Shown piece by piece: positions 1 to 12,262 of a DNA stretch of 64,000 nucleotides. Both the position numbers and the translations under genes were made by a program. Position 1 is the first letter of the stretch. The number at the start of each line of letters is the position of its first letter. Below the pieces are notes generated by a model. That model saw only the letters and a program-made list of their open reading frames with translations, made no database searches and was not told the DNA's origin. This DNA comes from Mobula hypostoma (taxonomy: Eukaryota): NCBI RefSeq assembly GCF_963921235.1, contig NC_086097.1:216692001-216756000 (forward strand), read 5' to 3'.

Positions 1-68
1 GTTGTATATTGATACATGCTTTGATAATAAATGAACCTTTGAAGAGTATTCTGCTTTTATAACTACAG

Positions 69-690
69 AAGATATCAACCATCTTACTGGAATCCATCTG
101 AAGAATGAGTGGAGGCAGGTGATTGCAACACATGAGAAAAATACCCATGTTCCTTGCACTGAGGTAATGAAGTTTATAATTCTTTATTTTCTCTCAACAA
201 CGTTTAGGTTTTAGCCAAAACTAAATTCACAATACAATTTTGCAGTATGGATGGATTTGATGACAGGTTGGAAAAGTCGCATTGTTGAGTGGGATAGCCT
301 GTCAGATTATGCAGCTGTGGACAATTCTGGTTGGGCAACAAATGCCAATCTTCAAAACTAAACTATAAAGATGGTATAAAAATATTTGCAATTTTTATGC
401 TGCCCTGAATAACATATCTGTTGATTCAGAGTTTCAATAATGATTCATTTTGTTTCCTTATATTTCAACAGAAAATGAAGTATTGATGCAGCACTTACGT
501 CAACTTGAAGAGATGAAACCAAAGTTCCCATCTTCTCCAAGATGTATGATTTTTATAAAGAACCTAATGCCACTACTTCAAAAGAAAAATCTTCTTCTTG
601 AAAATTCTAATCTTTCAACCAGCTGCAACTGTGCTGCAGCAGATTTTTGTAGGAATTTGCAACATGCAAAAATCACTTGTTGCCTTTGTA
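69..690 (+). pseudogene. Degenerate intron-containing coding remnant, possibly a transposon accessory gene (SAMD3-like)
   Basis: Three AG/GT-bounded segments (about 69-163, 208-329, 472 onward) give DINHLTGIHLKNEWRQVIA..., WMDLMTGWKSRIVEWDSLSDY..., ENEVLMQHLRQLEEMKP.... One frameshift and a 44-nt first intron. Family guess is weak. Confidence 0.25.
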
Positions 691-699
691 TTCCCACTC

Positions 700-1010
700 A
701 ACCTTCAGCTTCCACATCCATCTTCACCCTCCCATACCCCACCTGGCTTCATCTGCCCCTCCCACCTTTTCCCCTTGCTGCTTCTAGCCATCACACATGT
801 GCCCGCCTCCCCAACTCCATCATCCTTAAACCCTCCTTGGTGCACCCATCGCCTACCAGCTCACATCTCACCCCTCCACCTCTCCTCTTTATACTGGCTA
901 ACTTCTCTCTCCACTCTCAATCATGATGGAGGTTATTGATCCAAAACATCAGCAATTCCTTTCACCCCCACAAAGGCCACTTAAACACTGAGTTCCTCCA
1001 GCAGTTTTCT
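700..1010 (+). mobile_element. Old Penelope-like 3' tail
   Basis: Pyrimidine-rich tract, decayed hammerhead-like motif near 920-950, and gagttcctccagca as in the other PLE tails of this window. Confidence 0.55.
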
Positions 1011-1324
1011 GGGAAAAAAAAACAACTACCATGTTAAAAACATATACAGAAAAAGTCCAGTAACCAATCATGATCAGGACTTGGATGACAGATGTGTCAG
1101 ATTATCTGGTCTATTGAATATTATTTCCAGTAATATTCCAAACACTTAAAAAATTGACTTACTCAAAATTATTACTAAAATAAATGTAATTATATTTAAA
1201 TATAATATACTGCGCAGTATACAGTAATTTGGCTGTATTCAAGTCATAAATTCAACAGAAATCCTACTTCCTGGATAAAGAAGTTGTGGATTTACATTAC
1301 TGATGATATTCTCCTTCTCCATTA

Positions 1325-2661
1325 CAGGTTTCCCCTACTATCCGAAGGTAGAGCGTTCCTATGAAACAGTTCATAAGCCGGAATGTCGTAAAGTGAATAA
1401 GCAATTACCATTTATTAATATGGGAAAAATTATTGAGTGTTCCCAGACCCAAAAAGTAACCTACAAAATCATGCCAAATAACACAGAAATCCTAAAATAA
1501 CAGTAACATATAGTAAAAGCAGGAATGATATGTTAAATACACAGCCTATATAAAGTAGAAATACTTTTCTGCAGCACTGTCTAGTGCAGCGAAAATCTCG
1601 CATAAGCACTCTCGGCAAAAACACTCTCTCCAGTAACCTTTAAGCTATGAAGCTGCCAAATCATACCAAATAACACATAAAAACACACAGCCGATATAAA
1701 GTAGAAATAATGTATGTACAGTGTAGTTTCACTTACCAGAATCGGGAAGGCTCCAATAAATTGCAGTTTCGTCAGTTAAACACTTGCTCATATGAATAAC
1801 CACCTGACGCAATCGGCAATCGCCTCTGATCTGGGCCGACATTTATGTGCCGGGTGGCACCTAATTAATTAGCTTGTTTATTTTGGCTTTTTTCTTAAAG
1901 GTGTGCTAGGTGCATTCCGACTACCGCTGCACCACTGCATTCTTCGCGGCAATGTATCGGTCAGCGGCCCGGAGGTTAGGGACCATTGCTTAAACTATGA
2001 AGCTGCCCTCGCCTCAGAAACCGATCAAATTACCCATGACTATCTTTAAATTCCACTTTCATCACCATTGTCCAGTACTTTCTGTTTCAGCTTATTAAAA
2101 AGACTGATTGATTTATCCTTAAGTATAAGAAAACTTAACAGAACACCACGCTTTGTACACCCATCAATCCACTCAAGCAATAGACTTTCCATTTTATCCA
2201 TTATTGGATGCCGACTAAGAGAGACCACTTTGCCACGAGCAGAACCAACAGTAACATCGGCAGCTTTCAAAGTTCTTTCTCTCTGCGTGTAAATAGTGCG
2301 AATGGTGGACGCAGGCAAGTTCAACACGCAGACAATGTCCTGACCTCGTTCACCACAATCAAAATGCTTAATTATGTCTAGTTTTACGCTGTGTAACACC
2401 CTTACGAGCTCTTTTAGGCTTTTCTGATACCTTAGAACTCATCTTGCTAACAGATGCACAAAATAAATCGAGATAAAGCACGTGTTTAAGCAAGGCCGGC
2501 TAGAATGTAATTCCAGAGGAGGAGCTTGGCTGCTCGGGGTGCGCGCTGCTTTTTTCGTAACAGTGAAAACACTTTCTGTTAGCGAAAACAGGTAACTAAT
2601 GTAGGTCTTTCATAACAGCAAGGTGTCGTAAAGCGAACATTCGGAAAACGGGAGCCACCTG
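1325..2661 (-). mobile_element. Tigger/pogo DNA transposon, internally deleted, with half of a hAT-type MITE inside
   Basis: TA|caggtttcccc ... gccacctg|TA termini. ORF 2046-2399 is CENP-B-like HTH (KLDIIKHFDCGE...ASTIRTI...MESLLLEWI). A QVFN.DET..YW DDE fragment lies near 1750-1803. Confidence 0.85.
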
Positions 2662-3592
2662 TACCTAATTGCAAAAGTCAAAATCCAATTTTTAATACAT
2701 TTTACAAACATTGTCAAAAAGAGTGTCCTAAAAACTGCCAACAGCTGAACACTACAAACTTCAAGTTTTATTATTATGCTCAACAGTGAACAACTATCTG
2801 CAGGTCCAGATATATACATAGCTTATATATTAATTCATATATTAATTCTGAGTAAACAGATATTCCAGATATTTTTGCCAACGTTCTCTGTCTTGTAATA
2901 TCTAATTCAGTGCCTTTTATCAAAACTTACCTGCAAACAATACCACTTTGCTTTTATATGCTTTTAGCTTTTTTTAAAAATTAATTTGTCTTTCTACACA
3001 TTCATTTACTGCTTGGCTCCTCATTTTTAAAATAACAATTTCTGAAAAAATTAATGCATGAGAATCTCCGCCTGATGAGCAACAAATTTTAGCATTCCTA
3101 CCACTGCTTCAGTTTGAAATCAATCAAACCAGCAAACACTTAATTGAATCAAGTGGCTTCCCAGTCTACCTGGGTGAGCTACTCACCAGAAGGCCCATTA
3201 ATTATCCAGTGGACATGATTGTGATTTACCAACAGACCAGTTGTGCCGGGGGAAGAAGAGAGCAAAATATCTCAGTACTTGGATAGAACTTGTGGTCAAA
3301 TGCAGGTTTGCAGCTATGGATTGACAAATCGGTTAAGATATTGTTTCATCTATTGTTACAACTATGTTGTACATGGTGGTCCCTAATTGCAACATTTTTT
3401 TTTGATTCACAGAAAATCTGGTTCCAACAAATACATTTACAACACTTCAAATCTCTACATGAGGGTTTCTCAACCGGGGTTCTGTGGAATCCTAGGGTTC
3501 AGTGAGAGGTAGCTAGGGGTTCCGAGAGATTGCGATTTTAAAAAAACAGACATCGTTTTCTGAACTTCACACAATACGCGATGTTAGCCATA

Positions 3593-4121
3593 AAAAGCAG
3601 GATCTCCCAGTGGCCACCCATTTTAATTCCACTTCCCATTTCTATTCCAATATGTCTATCCAAGGCCTCCACTATCGTGATGAGGCCACACTTAAGTTGG
3701 AAGAACAACACCTTATATTCCATTTGGGTAGCCTCCAACTTGATGGCGTGAACATCGATTTCTCGAACTTCCAGTAATTCCCTCCCTCCCCACCCCACCA
3801 CTTCCCTCTCTCATCTTATCTCCTTGCCTGCCCATCGCCTCCTTCTGGTGTTCCTCCCCCCTTTTCTTTCTTCCATGGCCTTCTGTCTCTTTCACCAATT
3901 TACTTCCCAGTTCTTCACTTCATACCTCCTCCTTTAGGTTTCACCTATCACCTTGTGTTTCTCTCTCCTCCCTCACCTTTTAAATCTACTCCTTAGTTAG
4001 TTTTCTCCAGTCCTGCCGAGGGGTTTCAGCCCAAAACGTCAACTGTACTCTTTTCCTAGATGCTGCCTGGCCTGCTGAGTTCCTCCAGCATTTTGCGTGT
4101 GTTGCTCAGATTTTCTCTTGT
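3593..4121 (+). mobile_element. Penelope-like element, 3' fragment
   Basis: End of the GIY-YIG domain (DLPVATHFNS...EEQHLIF...) plus tail with a decayed hammerhead motif near 4009-4045. Confidence 0.85.
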
Positions 4122-4671
4122 GCACGATGCTGGTGCTCGCAGTGGTGGGTGGTGACCCAGCAGCCCCATTAGCAATCTCGTTAGAGATCGCTCAGCCCAG
4201 TGTAGCAGTGCACAGTAGGATCACGTTTACTTGCTTGAGTCCATTCTCAGTTTTTAAAGGCAAGATAGGTGAGGCCGTTGATAATTGGTGAGCGCTGAAT
4301 TGCACAGAGGGGACGATGATAGGCTGATAAGAAGCGTGAAGTGTGTTTTCCGAGCATTGAATGGATTTGCACAACTTGGGCTGTGATCCCAGTCTCTCCC
4401 TTCTGAATTATCTCCCCGAACTTCCCCTTACGCACTGCCAACTGACTTACGAGAGCAAACAAACTTTACCACTGGAGTAGAGAATTGGAGGGAATATTTA
4501 ATTTTAAAGGCGGTTCAGTGTGGTGACTTTTGAAGCGGACGTGTGAGATGGAAGAAGAGGATTCAAGGCCTAGGTCTATGGATAATTCTGATAAGGTTAG
4601 TGATGGAGAATTACCATCTTCTGAGTCATTTCACCGCATTGGTGCAACAACGGACACAAAAAAGTCCGTCT

Positions 4672-5905
4672 CTCTTTTTTTAACAAAACTATAAAAGTTT
4701 ATTTACACAACAAATACACCAAGTACAAACATTATTTACAAGACAGTGAATAAAAATAAGATTACTATAAGAACTGTCAATTCCTTGAAGGGCCCACCGC
4801 TCCTGGAAATCCCCCACTGTACCCATTGTGACTGCATACTCCCTCTCCAAGGACAGCTGGACACAAACATATCCTTGGAAGAGAGGCAGGCAGTTTGCCC
4901 TGGCAGAGACCTTGACTTTCCGCACCTATACCTGTGAATGGCCATCTTGGCCAGTCCAGTGAATCCTCCTCCCTCCCCCTCCCCCCTTCTCACTGTGTGC
5001 CCATATACAAGGAGCACCGTGCTGAAGTGCAACCAGAACCTGAGCAGCAGCCCCTTCAGATACTCAAACAGGGGCTGCAACCCCTCACACTCCATATAAG
5101 CGTGCTACACTGGATCCTCCCGGCCACAAAATGGACAGGCAGAAGGGTGTCAGTGAACCAGTTTAAAAACCTGTTGCACGGAACTGCCCTATGCAACACC
5201 TTCCATCCCAAGTCCCCAATGTACAGGGGAAGGAACTCTGCATAAACAGATTTCTACTGGGGACCTCCTCTGCTGCCAGATGGTAAAACAGACCACCCAT
5301 GCAACACTGGTCAGCAGATGAAGGCAAGGAAGTGAAAGGTGTGCAAAAGCAGCCCATACAAGAAATGTTTTGGAGAATCATGGAAGGGCACATTATGCGG
5401 GACTCTCTCCCAAGGCCTGGGTTCAACAGTCCATCAGGTGGTGGTGCAGCAGGAACCCTTCCACTTCTCCGAGTTCCCTTGACACCCTCTGTGAGAGGAT
5501 GGGGACCAGTCCCTCTCACAGCTAGTGCACAGTCTCCCACTAGCATGGAAGCACCCTGTCTGGGTGAAACTGGACCCCATACCCTCAACAGCTCTCAGTA
5601 AAAGTGAGGCAGTTCCTTCAAAGCAGCGCAGCTGATGCTGTCCGCTGGAAGCCACGTGCCCTCCTTCAGGCAGTGTCCCTGGTGTGGTTGCCAGCGCATG
5701 CCATCTCAGAGAGTGGCCACTATACAGGTATCTCTGCAGGATCCTGAGGTGGAGAGCCACCAGCAGGGTGCACACACACACACGAATGACTGACTGCCCT
5801 CCGCAATCGGAGGCTCAGGGCTGCAACAGAGTCCAATGCCTCCTATTACCCCAAAAGTCGTCCACTAGCCTCTTCTGGGTCCTAGAGACAAAAGCAGTGG
5901 GCGGC
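4672..5905 (-). mobile_element. Tx1/L1-clade LINE, 5'-truncated 3' end
   Basis: Minus-strand LHRAVPCNRFL...ACPFCG...HAYMECEGLQPLF...GLAKMAI (C-terminal zinc-finger region of Tx1-type ORF2). A-tail seen as a T-run near 4675-4681. Confidence 0.8.
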
Positions 5906-8182
5906 GCTAAAATAATCAGCCAATACCATATCTTCACAATAAAAGCGACTTATCAATGGGTTTTACATGGATTGGTGATCCAAGTTGTCCTATTCCATTG
6001 TGCTTAGTCTGTGGCAAATAACTTGCAAATACAGCAATGACTCCAGCAAAATTGAAAAGACACTTAACTACAAATCACAACCACATGACATGTAAAAGTG
6101 CTAATTATTTTAAACAACTATTGGAATCTCTCAAAACAAACAGATTAGAGCTTTTGAAAGTAAAGTCACAGTCAGTAAAAAGACTCAGGAAGCGAGTTAT
6201 TTAGTAGCTTTAAGACCAGTTCACTTGAGAATACTTAAAAAACTGAAAACCTAGATAAATTGCACAACAATCTCCTGCTACACACAGAAATCTGTTGGCT
6301 TAGCAGAGAAAGAGTTCTCAACAGGGCGTTTGAGCTGAAAGGTGAATTGCAAGAATACTTTCAAGAAACTAGTAGGCTATAATTTTGCTAAGTGCTTTTA
6401 AGATGAAGAATGGCTGCAAAAATTAGCCTACTTAACAGATATTTTTCTTCAAATGAAGCAGTTGAACAATTCCTTGCAAGGCCCTGGAAAAAATGATTTG
6501 ACTTCAAGTGACAAGATTCTTAGATTTAAAAGGAAGCAATCTTTGGAAAAATCACGCTGCAGAAGGAAATCTTGAAATGTTCCCATTGCTGCTTGGGCTT
6601 GAGAGTGAGGAAGGATATCAGAAAGTCTTGAGTCTTATTGAAAAATCACCTGAAAGAACTGCAGAACAAAATATTTCCTCCCTTTCAACACAAGTGTATG
6701 ACTGCATGAGGGACCCTTTCTCTGAATCTTCTGCTCAGCTTGAAAACTTGACTTTGAGAGAAGAGGAAGAACTTTGTAAGCCGCACACTGATAATGCACT
6801 TAAGATGAGATTTACGGACTTGCCCCTGGACAAGTTCTGGATTTCTGTGAAAGAAGAGTATCGTAGGAAAGCAATGAGCATTTTGCTGCAGTTTTCAACC
6901 TCTTACATGTGGAGCAAGTTTTTTCCTGTTTAACAAGCATCAAGAGCAAGGATAGAAATTGTCTCATTTCAGTTGGTGAAATTCCTGTGTGCTCAAGTTC
7001 AACCCAGAATTAAGAAATTTATTATGTTTGCCTTATGAGATTTTTAAATTTATGATAACGAAAGAAAGACCAATTTCAAGGAAGGTAAACTTAGCTTACC
7101 TATCAGTTTTTTTACCTCCCCCCACCCCCAAGAAAAGTTGGCTAAAAATTCATTCCCTACTCAAAAGAGCATTGACAATTATTGTTGGATTATTATATCT
7201 ATAACTTACCGATCATACTAACATACTGTGAGGTCTAGATATAATAATTTTTATGTAGGAGTTCCCCCAAGACCTGAAAATTATTTCAAGAATTTCCCCA
7301 GGGCAAAGAGGTTGAAAAAGGCTGCTCTACACTATCCAACTTTTTTTTTGTATGCTGTCAGTAGTTCAAACTCTACCTCATTTATTTTTTATCTTTGGGT
7401 TCTATGTTCCTTGAGGTCTTCCCCCTACAAGAGCAAAGAACTGACTCTACAATCATGAATGTCTGTAGGTTCAGCTTCCTCTGGTTTTCCCCTCTTCAAA
7501 GCCGCACCTTTCTGGCTCTCTCTGCCCTAGTCATGATATTGAACCTATCCAATTTTTTCTATTTCATCTGCGAAATCCAAATATACTTCCCAAGTAGTGT
7601 TCACCTTTTTCATCAATCTATTTGAATCTTGCCAAGATAGGCAAACACTTCGGAGTAGGTACATCAGATAAAGGTCCTGTTTAATCTCTCCAATGGATAT
7701 ATATATCCAAATCATTGCTATTCTAGGGCTGGTGGAATCTTAGTATGTATAATCTGGCTGTCAAACTTTCTATATTACAAAACTTGGGGCTGTAAAACAA
7801 TTTGGGGATTTCTCAGGAAAATGAAATCTACTACATATACAAACCATTCATTGTTCTTCTACATTCTTAAATATGACACAGGAACATCATTTACCCCAAG
7901 GTTTCTTCTCCGTGATCACATTATAACTATGTTTTTCTACCAACGGCTTCTCTTCTTACCTCTATCATTACTAGGGATCAATATTTTGCTTACTACCCTT
8001 CCAAGTTTGATTCTAGGCTACTATCAGTAGACATGGGGTCAACTTCAGTTCAAAACCCTGCTCAAAATTTTCTGCTATGAAAATATGTGTCAATTTGACA
8101 GAACTGAATGATTTGCAATTTTCTCTTTAAGGACTGCCATATCTTGTGAAAATGAAGTACTGTTTTAATACTGAGAGTAACT

Positions 8183-8372
8183 TCAAGATGGCTGTGGCTC
8201 AAAAGAGGGGAGCCATGGAGTCATAAGTAGCTAGCCATCTGGACACAAGCTGGGGTCTGATCAGCCCCGGCTGGGTCACCTGGAGGAGGTTGTATGATGT
8301 TGAAAGACCCAAAACACCCGATGATTCCAGGAACATCACTGAAGATGTGTCCAGAAGCATCAATAGATGTAT
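8183..8372 (+). mobile_element. 3' end of an R2/Hero-like (RLE) non-LTR retrotransposon
   Basis: SRWLWLKRGEPWSHK* followed by a Hero-type 3' UTR (ctgggtcacctggaggag...acatcactgaagatgtgtcc). Assigned from recalled motif. Confidence 0.55.
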
Positions 8373-8750
8373 GTACACAGCAAGGTCATACCAATGGACC
8401 ATGTCAAAGAGTTTAAGAGTGGATTGAGCAACTCAAGTTTTTTTGCACAATTTCAGTAGAATTATTTTTCACGATAGGGAATGAATTAATAGATTTTTAT
8501 AAAATGAAACGAACCTTGCACTTTCTAAGCAACGTGTATCAAACAGTGAAGTCAACATACCATATAAACCAGTGGTTCCCAAACAACTTTTAGGTGACCA
8601 TATCTCCAGTGCTCCCCCTCCCCCAACCTTCCAGCCATTACACAGAAACTATAAAGAATTTTTATTTATGAAGCCAAAAATATAGGGACTGCAAATTCAA
8701 AGCAGTGACAAATAATTGCAATTCAAATCTATTCAAAGCTGCAAATAAAA

Positions 8751-11644
8751 TAGGCAGGTCAATATACTACCTAACCCCAAAAAACTTGCAAAAAAAATGT
8801 TTTATGATCATTTATTGTACTATTCGATGTGGGGAACAACATATCAAAAGTTGCACAATTTTGACACACAGGGAAGTCTCCAAAAATGACATCAAAAAGC
8901 AAGAAAAATGTCAAAATTCTGACTGATAACCATCAAAGTGCAAGTTTTTTTTTTAAACCTGATGTTTTAATGAATGCTCTTTTCACCCATGTTTTTTAAA
9001 TGACAGTAGTTCCTGGAATGAAAGTTGCATTTGTATTGATGTCATGACATCATCAATGACATAATCAAGGGACAACTCTGCTATTAAGTACTGACGTCAT
9101 GACACATAATATGCTACCTTATGGCTTCTCAGATGCAGTCTTGTTCATCATCCTCTTCTATCACTGGCTCATTTGTCATATTGTCACAGTTGTCATCTTG
9201 GCAATGCCCACATGCACTGGTGCATTCCAGCCCATGCTTTCTGCGGGTACACTTTAGCGTATTGCACTTTCCCGAACAGTTGCATGAATGATCTGAATAA
9301 ATACCTCTGGAGCAGGCCTTTTGTCTGTCATCACTGGAATGAGTTTTCCCCCTTCTACCCTCCATCCCCACTCAGACGGCTCCATTTCATCATTACAGCC
9401 CATCCACTCCATAACCTGGTAGTAAGTCCGCAGGGAGTAAAATTTACAGGCTGAGGTGGTTGGTGGCAGTCTTTCAGGCGTGATGAAAGTCTTAGCTCTC
9501 GCAACTTTCTTGCAGAGCATATTGTATCTGATAGATGCCAGGGAGTCATTCTGATTTCCATTGAACAACGCCACCATTGCCCCACAGCTATTGGTTTCCA
9601 CAACATTTTGACTTTGCTTTGCTGAACAGAATGCTTTCGAACAGCCTCTGATTCCCCTTTCTTTCTTGATGATTCTTTGGAACCCTGACTTCTTTCCGAT
9701 CCCAAGTACCCTGGACGTTGAGTCACATCCAGTAAAGGCATGGCAAAACAATAGATCATTACAAGCTGCTTCCCCGAGTATCTGCTTACGGATCTTGATA
9801 TTATAGGCATTTGATTTTGCCTTGTCCGAATGGAAATAGAGTTCAGTGCAGTTTATTACCACTACACGGTAGAGCAAGAGTACGAGGACATCTGTGTCTT
9901 CTCCGAGGGTGGTAGATTTGAAAGCAGACATTGTGACGGCTGCTCTTGCGATCTCAACATCAGCATCTCCTTCAGCTTGAATCACTTTGCAGCCTCTCTG
10001 TCGCAAACGTTCCATGATGAGCAGGATAATTACCTGCTTGTTTGCCTCATTTGACAAGAAATCCTCCTTTTTTCCAAAGAATTTTGTTGCCCTGTAATGT
10101 TCAACCTTGTTCACATTCAAATTTCTACTTCAACGCTGATGAGTACAGTCCTTTATGCTTGGCCCAACCCCATAACCATCAAACACTACAGTGGCTCTGG
10201 CATAGTGTTTGACAGTGAATGAGCTGTAGTCATCTGCAATTGAACTGTAAGTGCACCCCCCCCCCGTCCATTTTAAGTGGTGCAGAAGTGATCTCCCATC
10301 TATAACATAGTGATCTGTCACTGGGACCGTCTGTGTGACAGCATTGTCCGATTTGGAGGTGACATAGTTCTTTATCGCTTCTGCCAGTTGTGGGTTATCC
10401 GGCTGGTGCAAAATGTTCTTTGCTTCAAACAAAGACATTGGATATGGACAGAGTTCATAGTTTATCACTTTGTCTAGGCAGAGATCACCTGTCTGTGATA
10501 CAACTAGGAACCTCTGAAATAACCATGCTGGATCTATGGTACAGTCTTCAGCAACTTTGACTGTCCTCCCGGATGCTAGTGCCTTGACCTTCGAACTCCT
10601 CGTATTCGCACAAAAGTCCATCTTCCTAACTATGTCATTTCCTATTGCAAACAGGTCATGTACATTGACATCCTCATTTGCATAAACCCTGTGATGACGT
10701 TGCGCAATGATTTATCATCCGAAAATGGCGTGAAACAGTCCAGTTTTGCTGCAACTTTTTCCAAGGTCAGCCTCATCTCTACTCACTCTGAAGGTGGACA
10801 ACTCCTTATGTTGTTTACCTGTTGTGTAACTATTCACGGTCAACTCTTGCATGGCAAGGTTGTAAGAGGGTGACACAGTGAAGACATAGTCCAAGCTGCT
10901 CTCTGGTACTCTGACATCCCACTTCCTCGCGTTAGGCCTCCTTGGCTTTTTAGTGAGCACATTAGTGTCTGTTCTATCACAAGATCAGAGCCAAGGCCGG
11001 CCCAGTATTGGCTGCTGCATCTGACTACATGGAACCCAGACTGGAACTTCTAATGAACATCAAGGCTGTCATCCTCCAATTCATGCATCTTCTGGAGATA
11101 GAGACGAGCCAACTTCAGATAATTGAGATGGCCAGCGGCCGCGAATATCAGCAAGCAAGCTGAGATGGCACCGAGATGCATTTCTCATGACCCCATTCGA
11201 TCGGCCGCAACAAGTGCCCTAGCAATCCCTACCATGTGCTGGTAGTTGACCCATAGTGTGCTGGTTTTGGAGGTCCCTGCCAGTTCATCTTTTTTGAAAG
11301 TTACAGTTTTGTCAATCCTGCCAATGCAATCTGATTTCATAACAGGACGTTATATGACGTCATGAAATAATGGTTCATAGTTCTGGCGATAACTGCAGGT
11401 ATTCCCATTCACATTTTATACCACAATTATGGCAATACCATTGTTAGAAACAGTGAAATATAGCAAAATAAGACAGGTATGGGCCCGATTCTTTTCATTG
11501 GCGGCCTTTTTTGTAACGTCAGATTTTTTTACTTTCCCGTGCTCTGTTTCTGTCCAACTTTAGAAATGTTGTTCAGTATGTCTCAAAGTACAAGAAATGA
11601 CAAATTTTTTGCAATTTTTTGGGGGTAGGGGTATTTTGGCACTA
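8751..11644 (-). mobile_element. Academ (AcademX-type) DNA transposon, internally deleted
   Basis: Long imperfect TIRs (tag...ctaaccccaaaaaacttgcaaaaaaa vs ttttttgcaattttttgggggtagg...cta) enclosing the frameshifted transposase/XPG/Cys-rich coding region. Left end uncertain by a few bp; TSD not resolved. Confidence 0.75.
9129..11340 (-). pseudogene. Academ polyprotein remnant: transposase C-half, XPG/FEN1-like PIN nuclease, Cys-rich zinc finger
   Basis: Motifs in order: LWVNYQHMV, IFAAAGHLNYLKLARLYLQ, YWAGLGSDLVIEQTLM, YVIDG, VVFDGY, EGDADV, GEDTDVLVLL, HAFTGCDSTS, LPPT, WGW, PAPE, CNC...C...CTSACGHC...CDN (ORFs 10130-10621, 9254-10120, 9129-9371). Confidence 0.8.
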
Positions 11645-11745
11645 TATTGACAGCATTAAAATGATTTCTCAATTTAATCACAGTAAAACTTATATTCATC
11701 AACAATTTTAGAATGTACATTAGTAGTCCAACAATTCATTACTTC

Positions 11746-12262
11746 AAAACAACACACAATACTGCACAAACTCAACAGGTCCAGCAGCATCTATAGAAAA
11801 CAGTAAATATTTGATGTTTCGGGCTGAGACCCTTCTTCAGGACTGAGAGGGACGTGGTGGGGGGGGTGGGGGTGAGGGTGAGGGTGCCTGAATTCAAAGG
11901 TGAAGGGACAGGAAAGAGGCTGGCTGGAAGGAGATAGGTGAAGCCAGGTGAATAGGAAAGATCAAGGGCTGAAGAAAGAATCTGATAAAAGAGAGTGGAC
12001 CAGTAGTAAAAGGTCAGAGCGGGGAATTGAAGTGGGGGAGGGGAATAGAATTGATATTCATATTATCAGGTTGGAGGGCATCCTCATCTGGGCACAAGAG
12101 GAGGCCATGGATTGACGTGTCAGAACGGGAATCAGAATTAAAATGTTTGGCCACCGGAGAATCCCACTTGTGGCAGAGGGTATGGAGATGCTCCATGAAT
12201 CGGTCCACCAGTTTACAATGGGTGTCATCAGTGTAGAGGCTGCCACCTCGGGAGCAGCAGAT
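11746..12262 (-). mobile_element. Penelope-like element, 3' fragment
   Basis: DRFMEHL...SPVAKHFNS (GIY-YIG end) plus tail with hammerhead-like motif near 11812-11845. Confidence 0.8.

Larger units (their letters stand above)
3461..7324 (+). mobile_element. hAT/Charlie DNA transposon (degenerate ZBED5/8-like transposase) with nested Penelope and Tx1 insertions
   Basis: Ends gagggtttctcaacc / ggttgaaaaaggctg. 8-bp TSD ctctacat (3453-3460) vs ctctacac (7325-7332). BED-finger region near 5950-6130 (PLCLVCG...MTPAKLKRHL) and C-terminal region in ORF 6508-6933 (FWISVKEEY...ILLQFSTSY). Confidence 0.85.

Noticed and set aside
5163..5781. Overlapping GC-rich ORFs
   Set aside because: Alternative frames of the decayed Tx1 ORF2.
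8285..8325. Hammerhead in the Hero-like 3' UTR
   Set aside because: The core reads atgatgt...caaaac; the required CUGANGA and GAAA are not present.
9129..9371. Host tesmin/LIN54 CXC or FEN1/XPG gene
   Set aside because: Intronless, frameshifted, and continuous with transposase motifs inside TIRs.
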